Part shown: positions 19,491 through 29,340 of the stretch, in pieces
Layout of the letters: the number at the start of each line of letters is the position of its first letter
Position numbering within the stretch: position 1 is the first letter of the stretch
Assembly: GCA_017511715.1 (NCBI GenBank)
Contig: JAFWJF010000001.1
Span: forward strand, 2,892 to 66,891
Source: Alphaproteobacteria bacterium
Lineage (GTDB): Bacteria > Pseudomonadota > Alphaproteobacteria > Rs-D84
DNA: 64,000 nucleotides
Direction: 5' to 3'
The notes under the pieces: model-generated
Database searches by the model: none
Seen by the model: the letters and a program-made list of their open reading frames with translations, nothing else
What the model was told of the DNA's origin: nothing
Made by a program: the position numbers and the translations under genes

Positions 19491-20222
19491 ATGAGAAAGA
19501 TTGTTTTTGTTTTTATTGTTGTTTTTAATGCGCCCCTTGCATACGCTGATTTAATTACCGACAATACTTCTAATTATTGTGATTTTATAAGTATGCAGCC
19601 AAATTTATCGGCAGTATTTGAACCGAATGAATACACCTGTGCAAGCGGTTATTATTTACCTGTGAATCACGATGGGTGCGAACCATGCCCAAGTGAACAC
19701 ACATGCAATGGCGGAACTTTTACTTTTGATGAAAATGAATCACAGGGGATAACGTATGGCACAATAATAACATCTGGATATGATTACGGCTGTGACCCAC
19801 ATCTTGCTTTTGGTTTTTATACGGCGGTATTCGAACCAAATTCTCACGAATGTTCATCGGGTTATTATTTGCCGGCAAGCACCGACGAATGTATAATTTG
19901 TCCGCAAAATTCTTATTGTAGTGGTGGTGTGTTCTTTTTTAATGAAACAGAAAATCAGGGTATAAATACATGTGCGCCAGGTTTATTTTCGCCGTCTGGT
20001 TCGTCATCTGATTCACAGTGTGGACATAAATTACACGTTGGTAATGATGTTGTTTATCTGCGTAGTGTAAAAAAGACAGTGCCATCACTTCATGTGAAAA
20101 TTGGCAATGATATTTATTATGGCAATATGACAAAGATACGAACAAAGATGAACACAGATTTAATGCGGTATTTTCGTATCGGTGATTATTATTTGTGTGA
20201 TGATACAACGTGTCCAGAATAA
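19491..20222 (+). CDS. secreted cysteine-rich repeat protein that shares a ~65-aa C-terminal domain with the giant surface protein
   Basis: Signal peptide. Two CxSGYYLPxxxDxCxxCP repeats. C-terminus CGHKLHVGNDVVYLRSVKKTVPSLHVKIGNDIYYGNMT...YYLCDDTTCPE parallels the last 65 aa of the 3533-aa protein. Confidence 0.6.
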   Translation: MRKIVFVFIVVFNAPLAYADLITDNTSNYCDFISMQPNLSAVFEPNEYTCASGYYLPVNHDGCEPCPSEHTCNGGTFTFDENESQGITYGTIITSGYDYGCDPHLAFGFYTAVFEPNSHECSSGYYLPASTDECIICPQNSYCSGGVFFFNETENQGINTCAPGLFSPSGSSSDSQCGHKLHVGNDVVYLRSVKKTVPSLHVKIGNDIYYGNMTKIRTKMNTDLMRYFRIGDYYLCDDTTCPE

Positions 20223-20223
20223 T

Positions 20224-20252
20224 AAAAAAAACGCCCATACAGGCGTTTTTGT
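20224..20252. terminator. bidirectional rho-independent terminator
   Basis: aaaaaaaacgcccatacaggcgttttt. Confidence 0.6.
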
Positions 20253-20253
20253 C

Positions 20254-20886
20254 TTATTTGATACGTTGAGAAGCAGACTTAATAAATGTACGCAGGCGGT
20301 CATCAAATGCGATAGTTTGAGTGTTTGATACAACTATGTGGTCGATGTGTAAGCCTGATGCCCTAAAATCGCTTGCATTACATGTGTTTGTGCGCCGAAC
20401 ATCTATGTCGTTTGGCATGTTTTGTCGTTTTTGTATAATTTCCATGTTGTTTATCATAGGAACAAACCATGCAATACGAAATTTATAAATGTGCGCTGCA
20501 TCGTGGCAGGAAAACCAGTCCATCATTTGACGAACATAACGCGGTTGAATCACATCGTAAGTAAAGTTTTCGCCCCAGTGCGCCGTTATTTCAGATTCTG
20601 GCACACCGTAAAGCCATTTTGGTTGACCCGGTTTCCAAAATTGTTCGTTCACAAACAGTTTGGTTGCGAATTTTTCTTTGTCAAAATAGTTTTCGTCCCT
20701 GAAATAGTATTCGCGACCGTCTTTTTCCCCATCGCGCATTGGGCGTGTTGTTGCAGATTTAAGATTATAAAATGCACCACGTGGTAAAATATTTTTTATG
20801 AAATACGATTTGCCGCTGCCAGATAAGCCCGTGCAAAATAATATTGTTGATTGTTTCTTCATTTTTTGTCCCATAAAAACCCGCAA
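20254..20886 (-). CDS. guanylate kinase-like P-loop protein (divergent)
   Basis: Walker A CTGLSGSGKSY and Gmk-like SATTRPMRDGEKDGREYYF motif. The C-terminal half is not typical Gmk. Confidence 0.45.
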   Translation of the reverse strand: MRVFMGQKMKKQSTILFCTGLSGSGKSYFIKNILPRGAFYNLKSATTRPMRDGEKDGREYYFRDENYFDKEKFATKLFVNEQFWKPGQPKWLYGVPESEITAHWGENFTYDVIQPRYVRQMMDWFSCHDAAHIYKFRIAWFVPMINNMEIIQKRQNMPNDIDVRRTNTCNASDFRASGLHIDHIVVSNTQTIAFDDRLRTFIKSASQRIK

Positions 20887-20904
20887 GACGCGGGTTAGTT
20901 AAAT

Positions 20905-22995
20905 TTAGTCTTCCAAGAAACTGCGTAATTTACGCGCACGTGTTGGGTGTTTCAATTTATTAAGAGCCTTTTGTTCAATCTGACGAATACGTTCGCGTGT
21001 TACACCGATGTATTCACCAACCTCTTCCAAAGTGCTGGTTTTATTGGTTGACATACCAAAACGTTGACGCAGAACAGTTTCTTCTTTTGGGTCAAGTTCA
21101 GATAAAATCTGGGTGACGATTTTACGCAGATTCTTTTGTGCTGCCGATGTGAACGGATTTTTCGCCGTTTCGTCAGCAATAATTTCAATGCGCGAACTGT
21201 CATCTTCGCTGCCAACAGGTGCTTCCAGGGACATAGGTTTAAGATTAACCTTTAATGCCTTGTGTATCTTGTCAACAGGCAGATAAATAATCTTTGATAA
21301 TTCTTCGGCTGTTGGTTGACGACCGTATTTGTGCATAAATTGACGCGATGCACGTTGAATCTTGTGTATGTTGTCAATCATGTGTACCGGGATACGAATT
21401 GTACGCGCTTGGTCGGCAATACTGCGCGAAATACCCTGTTGTATCCAGTTGGTAGCATAAGTTGAAAACTTGTTGCCCAAACGATAATCAAATTTATCAA
21501 CGGCTTTCATCAAACCGATGTTTCCATCTTGAACCAAATCAGAGAAGTCTAAACCAAGACCGCGATTGCTAGATTTCTTTGCAAATTTTATAACAAGGCG
21601 CAGGTTGGCTTCTATCATTTCGCGTTTTGCGCGAGCGGCTTCGGCTTGACCGCGACGAACCAGTTCGACAACTTTTTTGTATTCTGCGGTTGGTTGGCCT
21701 GTTTCTTTTGCAATCGCGGTTATGTCTTCTTGAATTTTCAAGACATCTTCTTTGTGGTTGATTGCAAAGTTTTGCCACGCTGCACTTTTGTTTCTTGCTA
21801 GTTTTTTAACCCAATTATGGTTTATTTCGTTACCTGTATATTCGGTCAAGAAGTCTTCACGTTTAACCTTGCACGCAAGCGCAAGACGCAACATTTTACC
21901 TTCCAACCCCATAAGCAATTGATCGCGCTGGGTTAATTTTTCCATTATTTCAGCGATTCTGTCATCGTTAAGACGAATTTTTCCGACATGCTCAAACAAT
22001 TCTACGCGCAATTTGTTGTACTTTTTTTCCAGTGCTTCGTCTGGTGTTGATGATACCAACAAATTATCCAGGCGTTTCGATTGCAACTTTTGCATACTGG
22101 AAAATACGCGTTTTATTTTTGCAAATAAATCTGTAATCATCGGCATCAAAGCGTCTTCCATCACAGGAATTGGAACGCCAGACGAACTGCGTTGCCCATC
22201 TTCTTTTTTGCCGTCTTCGTCTTCATCAAGTTCTTCTTCGTCTTCATCGCTTTCATTAGATACAGAATCTTCCAATGCATCCAAATCTTCATCGTCTAAA
22301 TCATCAACGCGGTCAACGCCTTTTGATTTCAATGTGTCAGCCAGTGCAGCCAATGATTTTTGTTCAGATTCACTGGAATACATAACTTCCAAATTTATGA
22401 TATGACGCAAACGAATATTGCCATTTAACAATTGCTGATACCAATCAAGCATGGCTTGAATTGTCATAGGGCTTTCGCACAGACCGTAAACCATTAAACG
22501 CGAAGCGGCTTCAATTCTTTGTGCAATAGCGATTTCGCCTGCCGCGGTCAATAATTGAACTGTCCCAATTTGTTTCAGATATGATTGAACAGAATCTTGG
22601 ATGCCCAAAACTAAATTGCCCGTAGAACTACGTTCCAATTGTTTTGCATAATGTTCGTAATCATCATCGTTAACATCGACTTGTTCTGCATCGGCATTTA
22701 ATAAATCACGAGATTTATCGCGATTATAGTTTTCATCATCTTCTTCGTAATATTTTTCCATATCACGCGCAAAACTGTTGCTGTCTGTATCAAGGAATTC
22801 CAGTTCCAAGTCCTGCTTAAAGAACTCCAACACTTCGTCTTTTTCTTCGTCTGGGACTTCATCTGCCTGAATCGCAGAATCAAAATCTGTCTGGGACAAA
22901 TAGCCGATTTCATTTGCAGACAGTGCCAATTCTTTCAAGTTCTCTGGCAAAGAATCAATTAATAACTTTGTCGCTTCATCCAGTTTTTTAGTCAT
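20905..22995 (-). CDS. rpoD: RNA polymerase sigma factor RpoD (sigma-70) with acidic non-conserved insert
   Basis: Regions 2-4 include the LIEANLRLVIKFAKKSSNRGLGLDFSDLVQDGNIGLMKAVDKFD rpoD box and EEVGEYIGVTRERIRQIEQKAL. Confidence 0.95.
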   Translation of the reverse strand: MTKKLDEATKLLIDSLPENLKELALSANEIGYLSQTDFDSAIQADEVPDEEKDEVLEFFKQDLELEFLDTDSNSFARDMEKYYEEDDENYNRDKSRDLLNADAEQVDVNDDDYEHYAKQLERSSTGNLVLGIQDSVQSYLKQIGTVQLLTAAGEIAIAQRIEAASRLMVYGLCESPMTIQAMLDWYQQLLNGNIRLRHIINLEVMYSSESEQKSLAALADTLKSKGVDRVDDLDDEDLDALEDSVSNESDEDEEELDEDEDGKKEDGQRSSSGVPIPVMEDALMPMITDLFAKIKRVFSSMQKLQSKRLDNLLVSSTPDEALEKKYNKLRVELFEHVGKIRLNDDRIAEIMEKLTQRDQLLMGLEGKMLRLALACKVKREDFLTEYTGNEINHNWVKKLARNKSAAWQNFAINHKEDVLKIQEDITAIAKETGQPTAEYKKVVELVRRGQAEAARAKREMIEANLRLVIKFAKKSSNRGLGLDFSDLVQDGNIGLMKAVDKFDYRLGNKFSTYATNWIQQGISRSIADQARTIRIPVHMIDNIHKIQRASRQFMHKYGRQPTAEELSKIIYLPVDKIHKALKVNLKPMSLEAPVGSEDDSSRIEIIADETAKNPFTSAAQKNLRKIVTQILSELDPKEETVLRQRFGMSTNKTSTLEEVGEYIGVTRERIRQIEQKALNKLKHPTRARKLRSFLED

Positions 22996-23032
22996 AAAAA
23001 AACCTTTGATTTATTGATGTGAAACATAAAAC

Positions 23033-23560
23033 TTATTTGCTGCTTTTTTTAGCCTTTGCAACTGCTTCGTGCAGTGCAGATTCAGAAACCAACCCCAACA
23101 CGATTGGGCTTTGAATTTGAATCAAAGAATAAGATTTGTGTACCTTTTCGCGAATAGATTTTACAGTTGGGTTTGTGCTGCGCATAAGGCGTGCAATTTG
23201 TCCGTCCGTTAATTCAGGATAATTTTTCACAATCCATAAAATACCACCCAAGCGATTTTGACGATGTAATTTCGGAGTATAGCCAACGCCTCTCTTGTTT
23301 TGTTGCTTTTGTGCTTCAACAATGGCTTCGCGCAAAGTCAATCTTGCATTTGGATCTGCTTCGCATTTTTCGATATCTTCACGTGTGACCTGTCCGTTGA
23401 TAATCGGGTTTAACCCTTGCATTTTATTAGATTCTGCATCAGCAATATTTTTAACTTCCAATTCGTGCAATCCGCAGAATTCAGCAATTTGTTCAAATGT
23501 TAGTGCAGTGTTTTCAATCAACCAAAGTGCGGTAGATTTAGGCATATATGGATAGTTCAT
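23033..23560 (-). CDS. DUF1013 domain protein (alphaproteobacteria-conserved)
   Basis: N-terminus MPKSTALWLIENTALTFEQIAEFCGLHELEV. Confidence 0.55.
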   Translation of the reverse strand: MNYPYMPKSTALWLIENTALTFEQIAEFCGLHELEVKNIADAESNKMQGLNPIINGQVTREDIEKCEADPNARLTLREAIVEAQKQQNKRGVGYTPKLHRQNRLGGILWIVKNYPELTDGQIARLMRSTNPTVKSIREKVHKSYSLIQIQSPIVLGLVSESALHEAVAKAKKSSK

Positions 23561-23636
23561 GGATGTTCCCTTTGTTTAGACGCGTTCTAATATAGCACAA
23601 AATGCGCTATATTCAAGCAGTTTTTTTATTATTTTT

Positions 23637-25061
23637 TTACAGTTTTTTTACTAATTTGAAACCATCAACAGTATCCATCACTGTCCAGCCGCTTTTGTCA
23701 ATTTGCGTGCGCAAAGCATCCGCGGTTGCAAAGTCGCGATTTTTCTTTGCCGCAAGGCGTTTTTGTGCCATTTCTTGAATTTCCGATGGGGCTGTTTCAG
23801 ATTCTGCATCGTGTAATTTTTGTGCGTGTTCCATAAATTGCAACCCCAACAAATCATCGACAAATTGTACCAGTGCTAATTTAGTTGCGGTATTAACAGA
23901 TTTGTCTTTCAGCAATTCTTGGAAAACAACCAGCGATTCTGCGGTTTTAAGGTTGTCCGAAACAGGTGCTAAAATTTTGTCGTGCCATTGTTGATACAAG
24001 GTTGTATCTGTATCGCCAGATTTGTCATTTAATAAATCTGCGATTTTACGAACGATGTTTTTATATCCTGATTCTGCGGCTTCCAAGGCTTCGAAAGAAA
24101 ACGCTAATTGAGATTGATAATGACCCAATACTATCCAATAACGGTAAATAATAGGTTCAATATTGCGGGCGCGAACAGCGTTCATGCCCAAAAATTCGCC
24201 TTTTGATTTAGACATTTTGTCGCCACTTTTATCAACCAAGAAACTGAAATGCACCCAGTAATGCACCCACGGCTTTCCAACAATAGGCTCGCTTTGTGCG
24301 ATTTCGTTTGTGTGATGAACACGCGATAAATCTTCGCCACCAGTATGAATATCAAAATGAGCCCCAAGTAATTTCATGCTCATAACACAGCATTCTGTAT
24401 GCCAGCCCGGGAAACCAATTCCCCATGGACTGTCCCATTCCATTTGGCGTTTTACATCTTTGGGTGAATATTTCCACAGTGCAAAATCTGTTGGGTTGCG
24501 TTTCGCGTCATTGTATTCAACGCGCGCACCTGCACGCTGACCGGACAAAGACCCGCCTGTCAGAGCCCCATAATCTGCGAATTTAGATGTATCATAATAT
24601 ATTCCATCTCCTGGAATTTCGTATGTATATCCCAATTTTTCAAGTTGCTGAATCAATTCGATTTGTTCACGAATGTATTCTGTGGCGCGTGGCATGGTCG
24701 TCGGACGCATAATATTCAAATCGTCACTGTCGCGTAAAAATTCATCCAAATAAAATTGCGCAATATCCCACACAGATTTATGGTCGCGCGCAGCGCCCTT
24801 TTCCATTTTATCTTCGCCAGAATCATTGTCTTCATCGGTTAAATGTCCAACATCAGTGATGTTCATAACATGATTAACGTCAAAACCGTTTGCCAAAAAC
24901 ATGCGTTTAAGCAAATCGTTGTGAACCATTGTGCGCAGATTTCCCAAATGGGCATAATGATAAACTGTTGGGCCACAAGAATAAAAACCAACATGATTAG
25001 GGATAATTGGCTTAAAATCTTCGACTTTGCGTGTAAGGGTATTAAATAGTCTGATTTGCAT
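23637..25061 (-). CDS. cysS: cysteinyl-tRNA synthetase
   Basis: HIGH-type CGPTVYHYAHLGN, KMSKS, and zinc-binding Cys. Confidence 0.95.
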   Translation of the reverse strand: MQIRLFNTLTRKVEDFKPIIPNHVGFYSCGPTVYHYAHLGNLRTMVHNDLLKRMFLANGFDVNHVMNITDVGHLTDEDNDSGEDKMEKGAARDHKSVWDIAQFYLDEFLRDSDDLNIMRPTTMPRATEYIREQIELIQQLEKLGYTYEIPGDGIYYDTSKFADYGALTGGSLSGQRAGARVEYNDAKRNPTDFALWKYSPKDVKRQMEWDSPWGIGFPGWHTECCVMSMKLLGAHFDIHTGGEDLSRVHHTNEIAQSEPIVGKPWVHYWVHFSFLVDKSGDKMSKSKGEFLGMNAVRARNIEPIIYRYWIVLGHYQSQLAFSFEALEAAESGYKNIVRKIADLLNDKSGDTDTTLYQQWHDKILAPVSDNLKTAESLVVFQELLKDKSVNTATKLALVQFVDDLLGLQFMEHAQKLHDAESETAPSEIQEMAQKRLAAKKNRDFATADALRTQIDKSGWTVMDTVDGFKLVKKL

Positions 25062-25246
25062 AATGATTCCTTTTGATTTCAGTGCAGATGTTAATAAAAA
25101 TAGAAAGATATTGCAAACATTATGTTTGCGAAAGAAAAAACATTAACGACAACAGTAAAAATTGATAAATAATATTGTCATGAAAGAAAGTTTAACAAAT
25201 TTTTATAAAAAAATCAAAAGAAAAACTGCCATGTATGGCAGTTTTT

Positions 25247-26014
25247 TTATGCAAAATATTGTTTTTGTTTAAGACTTTTGTATTTCAACATTTTTTGATA
25301 ATCTGAAACATTTTTTGCTATCGCGCTCCGGGCATCAAAAATTTCTTTTTTGCCAGATTTCCAGCCTTCAAGTTCTTTGATTGCGCGCATCACGCGTTCT
25401 AATTCATCAGGCGTTAAGTGTTTCAGTCTTTTCTGAAGGTTCAAGCCTGTCATATGCGACAATTTTTGTTGATATAATCTTGTGTTGTTATTGTCGCTTG
25501 GTGGGGCGTATTTATATATCGCCGCAGCGATTGTCAGGTTTGTGTATTTATCAGATTGCAACAAAGCCCGCAAAGCGTTCATACCGTGTTCTTCGGTTGG
25601 GAATACGGCGAATCCGCCTGCTGAACCGCAAGAACCATATTGACGCGAAATTTCACCAGGTCTTAATGCCCCCGGATTCATATTGCGCCATGTGCGCGAA
25701 CCGCCCGTACGAATAAAGCCACTGCCGTCTTCTGATGTGTATTTTACCCATGATTTGCCCTGCCATGATATTGTATAAGAAACAGAGTCCTCTTGTTCGG
25801 TTTGTGCTTCAACAGAATCTGCACTTTGTGCAAATGATTTCGCAAATAGCGGTAAACAACTTGGCGGTAACCAATTACAAGAATCATTTTTTATATTATA
25901 TAAAGCAGAATCTGGCTTTGTGTTATACGCCCCTGCCTTGCTTGTTTTTGGTGTTATGCCAACCAAAAAAGCATTCAAAACAAAGAGGGACGGCAATACG
26001 AATTTTTTCTTCAT
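25247..26014 (-). CDS. secreted hypothetical protein
   Basis: Signal peptide MKKKFVLPSLFVLNAFLVG, then a conserved-looking block TGGSRTWRNMNPGALRPG. Confidence 0.45.
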   Translation of the reverse strand: MKKKFVLPSLFVLNAFLVGITPKTSKAGAYNTKPDSALYNIKNDSCNWLPPSCLPLFAKSFAQSADSVEAQTEQEDSVSYTISWQGKSWVKYTSEDGSGFIRTGGSRTWRNMNPGALRPGEISRQYGSCGSAGGFAVFPTEEHGMNALRALLQSDKYTNLTIAAAIYKYAPPSDNNNTRLYQQKLSHMTGLNLQKRLKHLTPDELERVMRAIKELEGWKSGKKEIFDARSAIAKNVSDYQKMLKYKSLKQKQYFA

Positions 26015-26343
26015 AATGATATCCTTTTGGTTTGATGTCAAACAGATAAAACGCAGAATACAAAATGCATATTATGCGTTATCTGTTCACAGTTTTTGTT
26101 TTTGATTGGTTCATCACAAAAGGAAGGTAAATTGTGATGTACATTCAGACATACTAAACAATCGTACGCCCCGACTTGTCTTTCTAGACAGCCCGCCCCG
26201 TCCGGGGAACCAAGATGATGTATATATAGCATATTTTGAGCATGCTGTCAATACAAAATCATAAAAAAATTTAATGAATTTTTATTTAGGCAAAAATTCA
26301 CACTTGCATTTATAAAAGCATTTATATATAATAGTCCCCGTTC

Positions 26344-26432
26344 GGAGCGTTGGCAGAGTGGTAATGCAGCGGATTGCTAATCCGTGACCGTGTTATAGCG
26401 GTCCATAGGTTCGAGTCCTATACGCTCCGCCA
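26344..26432 (+). tRNA. tRNA-Ser (anticodon GCU)
   Basis: ggagcgttggcagagtggtaatgcagcggattGCTaatccgtgaccgtgttatagcggtccataggttcgagtcctatacgctccgcca. Long variable arm, CCA encoded. Confidence 0.85.
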
Positions 26433-26463
26433 GATTTAAACCACCCGCAAGGGTGGTTTTTTA
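26433..26463. terminator. bidirectional terminator
   Basis: aaaccacccgcaagggtggtttttt. Confidence 0.6.
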
Positions 26464-28200
26464 TACCTGTTTTTCTTCGGGTGTGTGCCCAGGTTGAAAG
26501 ATTTCAACGTCGCGCGTCATCGCCAGGAATTTTTTTGCACGCGATTGCACCAATTCTTCAATTGGAATTTCTTTCAATTCCATCAATGCATCTGATACAG
26601 ATTTTGCCAACAATTCCATTGTAGTTTGCCAATCTTTGTGTGCGCCGTCTGCCGGTTCGTCGATGATTTTATCAATCACATTTAATGATGCCATATCACG
26701 CGCAGTCAATTTTAATGCGGTTGCCGCCTGTGCCTTGAATTTGTTGTCTTTCCACAAAATACTGGCACAAGATTCGGGTGCAATAACTGAATAAATCGAA
26801 TTTTCCAACATCATTACGCGGTCGCCTGTTCCAATCGCGATTGCACCGCCAGAGCCACCTTCGCCGACATTAACAGCAACATAAGGCGTTCTTGCCCGCA
26901 GTCCCATTGCGATTGTTGATGCCACCGCCTGAGATTGACCGCGTTCTTCCGCCGCGCCACCGGCAAATGCACCAGCAGTGTCAAACAGCGAAATAATCGG
27001 CAAATCAAATTTTTCAGCCAATTTCATCAAACGTTGTGCCTTTCTGTATCCTTCTGGATTAGGCATGCCGAATCTGTGTTTTTGGCGTGTTTCAATGGTG
27101 CGCCCTTTTTCTTGTCCAATAATAACAGCCGGCGTTCCATACCAATAACCTATTCCGCCACACATGGCTGCGTCTTCGCCAAAACACCTGTCCCCGGCAA
27201 GGTATGTCCATTTGTCCACAATGCCGTTCACATAGTCCAAAAAATGCGGTCTGTTTTCATTTCGTGCCAAAAGTACCTTGTCATATTCAGGCGTTTTGCC
27301 CGCATCACGCGATTTCTTTGGCGCGTCATATTTAGGTGTTTTTACATCAATAACTTTGGGTTCGGCAGGTTGTTTTGTTAATACAGTTAATACGCGTTCC
27401 AGTGTTTCTTTTAATTCTGAACGATTAACAACTATGTCTACCATACCATGTTCATACAAATAATCTGCAGTCTGGAAATTAGACGGCAATTTTTCGTGTA
27501 TATTTTGTTCAATTATGCGACGACCAGCAAAGCCAATACGCGCGCCCTTTTCGGCAATATGGATATCGCCCAACATCGCAAACGAAGCCGTCACACCACC
27601 AAATGTTGGGTCTGTTAAAATAACTATGTACGGCAATTTATTTTCATGCAGTTTATTTACTGCGACAGTTGTGCGTGCCATTTGCATCAACGACAAAATG
27701 TTTTCTTGCATACGCGCGCCGCCACTGCATGTGACCATAACGAAAGGTTGCTTTAATTCAATCGCGTGTTCAATACTGGCAATAATCGCATCACCTGCAG
27801 CACGCCCCATAGACCCCATCATAAAGTCCCCGTTCATCACGCATACCGTCGAATTTATACCCCCTATTTTGCCATCGGCGGTTGATATAGAATCATTAGT
27901 TCCTGCATCTTCACGCGCTTCTTTTAATCTTTCTTTGTATGGTATTCTGTCGACAAAATTCAGCGGGTCATCTGTCACAATCGGTAAATCAAATTTTTGC
28001 CAATTCACATCATCAAACAATAAATCAAATCTTTGTTTGGGTGACATTATAAACGCACGTCCGCACTTTGGACAAACGTATTGATTGTTTTTATAGTCTT
28101 TATAAAACACTAAACGACCACACGCTTCGCATTTTATCCACATCAATTTGCGCACGCGTTCGTATTTGTCACGATTATGATTTGTAATACCCCTTGACAT
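26461..28200 (-). CDS. accD-accA: acetyl-CoA carboxylase carboxyltransferase, fused beta (AccD) and alpha (AccA) subunits
   Basis: N-terminus has the AccD zinc ribbon CEACGRLVFYKDY...CPKCG and carboxyltransferase fold. C-terminal half has AccA motifs (PNPEGYRKAQRLMKLAEKFDLPIISLFDTAGAFAG...VGEGGSGGAIA). One 579-aa ORF. Confidence 0.85.
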   Translation of the reverse strand: MSRGITNHNRDKYERVRKLMWIKCEACGRLVFYKDYKNNQYVCPKCGRAFIMSPKQRFDLLFDDVNWQKFDLPIVTDDPLNFVDRIPYKERLKEAREDAGTNDSISTADGKIGGINSTVCVMNGDFMMGSMGRAAGDAIIASIEHAIELKQPFVMVTCSGGARMQENILSLMQMARTTVAVNKLHENKLPYIVILTDPTFGGVTASFAMLGDIHIAEKGARIGFAGRRIIEQNIHEKLPSNFQTADYLYEHGMVDIVVNRSELKETLERVLTVLTKQPAEPKVIDVKTPKYDAPKKSRDAGKTPEYDKVLLARNENRPHFLDYVNGIVDKWTYLAGDRCFGEDAAMCGGIGYWYGTPAVIIGQEKGRTIETRQKHRFGMPNPEGYRKAQRLMKLAEKFDLPIISLFDTAGAFAGGAAEERGQSQAVASTIAMGLRARTPYVAVNVGEGGSGGAIAIGTGDRVMMLENSIYSVIAPESCASILWKDNKFKAQAATALKLTARDMASLNVIDKIIDEPADGAHKDWQTTMELLAKSVSDALMELKEIPIEELVQSRAKKFLAMTRDVEIFQPGHTPEEKQV

Positions 28201-28204
28201 AATT

Positions 28205-28483
28205 TTATCCGTTCATTTTTTTAGTTAATTCACGACTTGGCTTGAACAAAATGGTTTTGTTCGCGCTTAAATGTATTCTTTCGCCAGTGCTTGGGTTAAA
28301 GCCTAGTTTGGTTGCACGCTTGCGTGGTTGAAAAGTGCCAAAACCACGTATTTCAATTCTGTTATCATTTGCAACAGCCGTTTTTATTTCATCAACAACA
28401 CAATCAAGCATTGCCATCGCATCAGAAGTTCTCATGCGATTAAATTGAACTTTTATTGATCTTACCACGTCAGAACGTTTCAT
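28205..28483 (-). CDS. integration host factor / HU family DNA-binding protein
   Basis: RIEIRGFGTFQPRKR...NPSTGERIHL...FKPSRELTKK matches the IHF beta-arm consensus. Confidence 0.8.
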   Translation of the reverse strand: MKRSDVVRSIKVQFNRMRTSDAMAMLDCVVDEIKTAVANDNRIEIRGFGTFQPRKRATKLGFNPSTGERIHLSANKTILFKPSRELTKKMNG

Positions 28484-28611
28484 AATAAATCATCCTTTTT
28501 TCTATTATGATACCATATTTTACAAAAAATAAAGCAAATTATCAATTAAGAAAAGGCTCTTATCAAAAAACACTTATGCATATGGTAAAATCTGCATATC
28601 AGGGAGCAACT

Positions 28612-29340
28612 ATGTACGAAGAAACATATGATGAAAATTGCGAACATTTGCCACTTATTGGTGATGTCGCGCCATATTTCAGTGCGAATACCACAACGGG
28701 ACCAATAAATTTTCCAATTGATTTTCGCGGACGCTGGGTTGTGCTGTTTTCTCATCCGATGGATTTTACGCCGGTCTGCACAACAGAATTTTTGGCTTTT
28801 CAATCAATGTTGCACGAATTTCAAGAACTGGATACAGAATTAATCGGGCTGTCTGTTGGGGCAATATCTTCGCACTTGGCTTGGTTTCGTTCAATTTATG
28901 ATGAAATAGATTTCAATAATTGGAAAAATGTAGATATTACTTTCCCTGTTATTGCAGATATAGATTTGCATGTATCAAAACTGTACGGGATGATTCATCC
29001 AAACACTTCAGATACAAAAACAGTGCGCGCAGTGTTTATAATTGACCCCAAAAGTATAATTCGCACTATTTTGTATTATCCGCAAACAACCGGTCGAAAC
29101 ATGAAAGAAATCAAACGCATATTAATTGCCCTGCAAACCAATGATGCATTCAAGGTATCTACGCCAGCAGACTGGACACCAGGACAGCCCGTTATTGCAC
29201 CAAGTCCACAAAATATTCAAGATTTACAAAAAAGGCTTAATAATCACAACAAGAATATTGATGTGCAAAGTTGGTATTTGGCATTTCGCGATTTGCCTGA
29301 AAACAAGATTTACGAAAAAATTAAAAAGAAAAAATCTTAA
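28612..29340 (+). CDS. peroxiredoxin (1-Cys / Prx6-like)
   Basis: WVVLFSHPMDFTPVCTTE peroxidatic Cys motif. AGGGAG RBS before the Met at 28612. The ORF could start at 28507. Confidence 0.85.
   Translation: MYEETYDENCEHLPLIGDVAPYFSANTTTGPINFPIDFRGRWVVLFSHPMDFTPVCTTEFLAFQSMLHEFQELDTELIGLSVGAISSHLAWFRSIYDEIDFNNWKNVDITFPVIADIDLHVSKLYGMIHPNTSDTKTVRAVFIIDPKSIIRTILYYPQTTGRNMKEIKRILIALQTNDAFKVSTPADWTPGQPVIAPSPQNIQDLQKRLNNHNKNIDVQSWYLAFRDLPENKIYEKIKKKKS

Noticed and set aside
22013-22405. Ser-rich 130-aa plus-strand ORF
   Set aside because: It is antisense to the acidic (D/E-rich) insert of rpoD, so its composition is an artefact.
26935-28084. Plus-strand ORFs of 148, 61 and 189 aa inside accD-accA
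   Set aside because: They are antisense to a strongly conserved carboxyltransferase gene.
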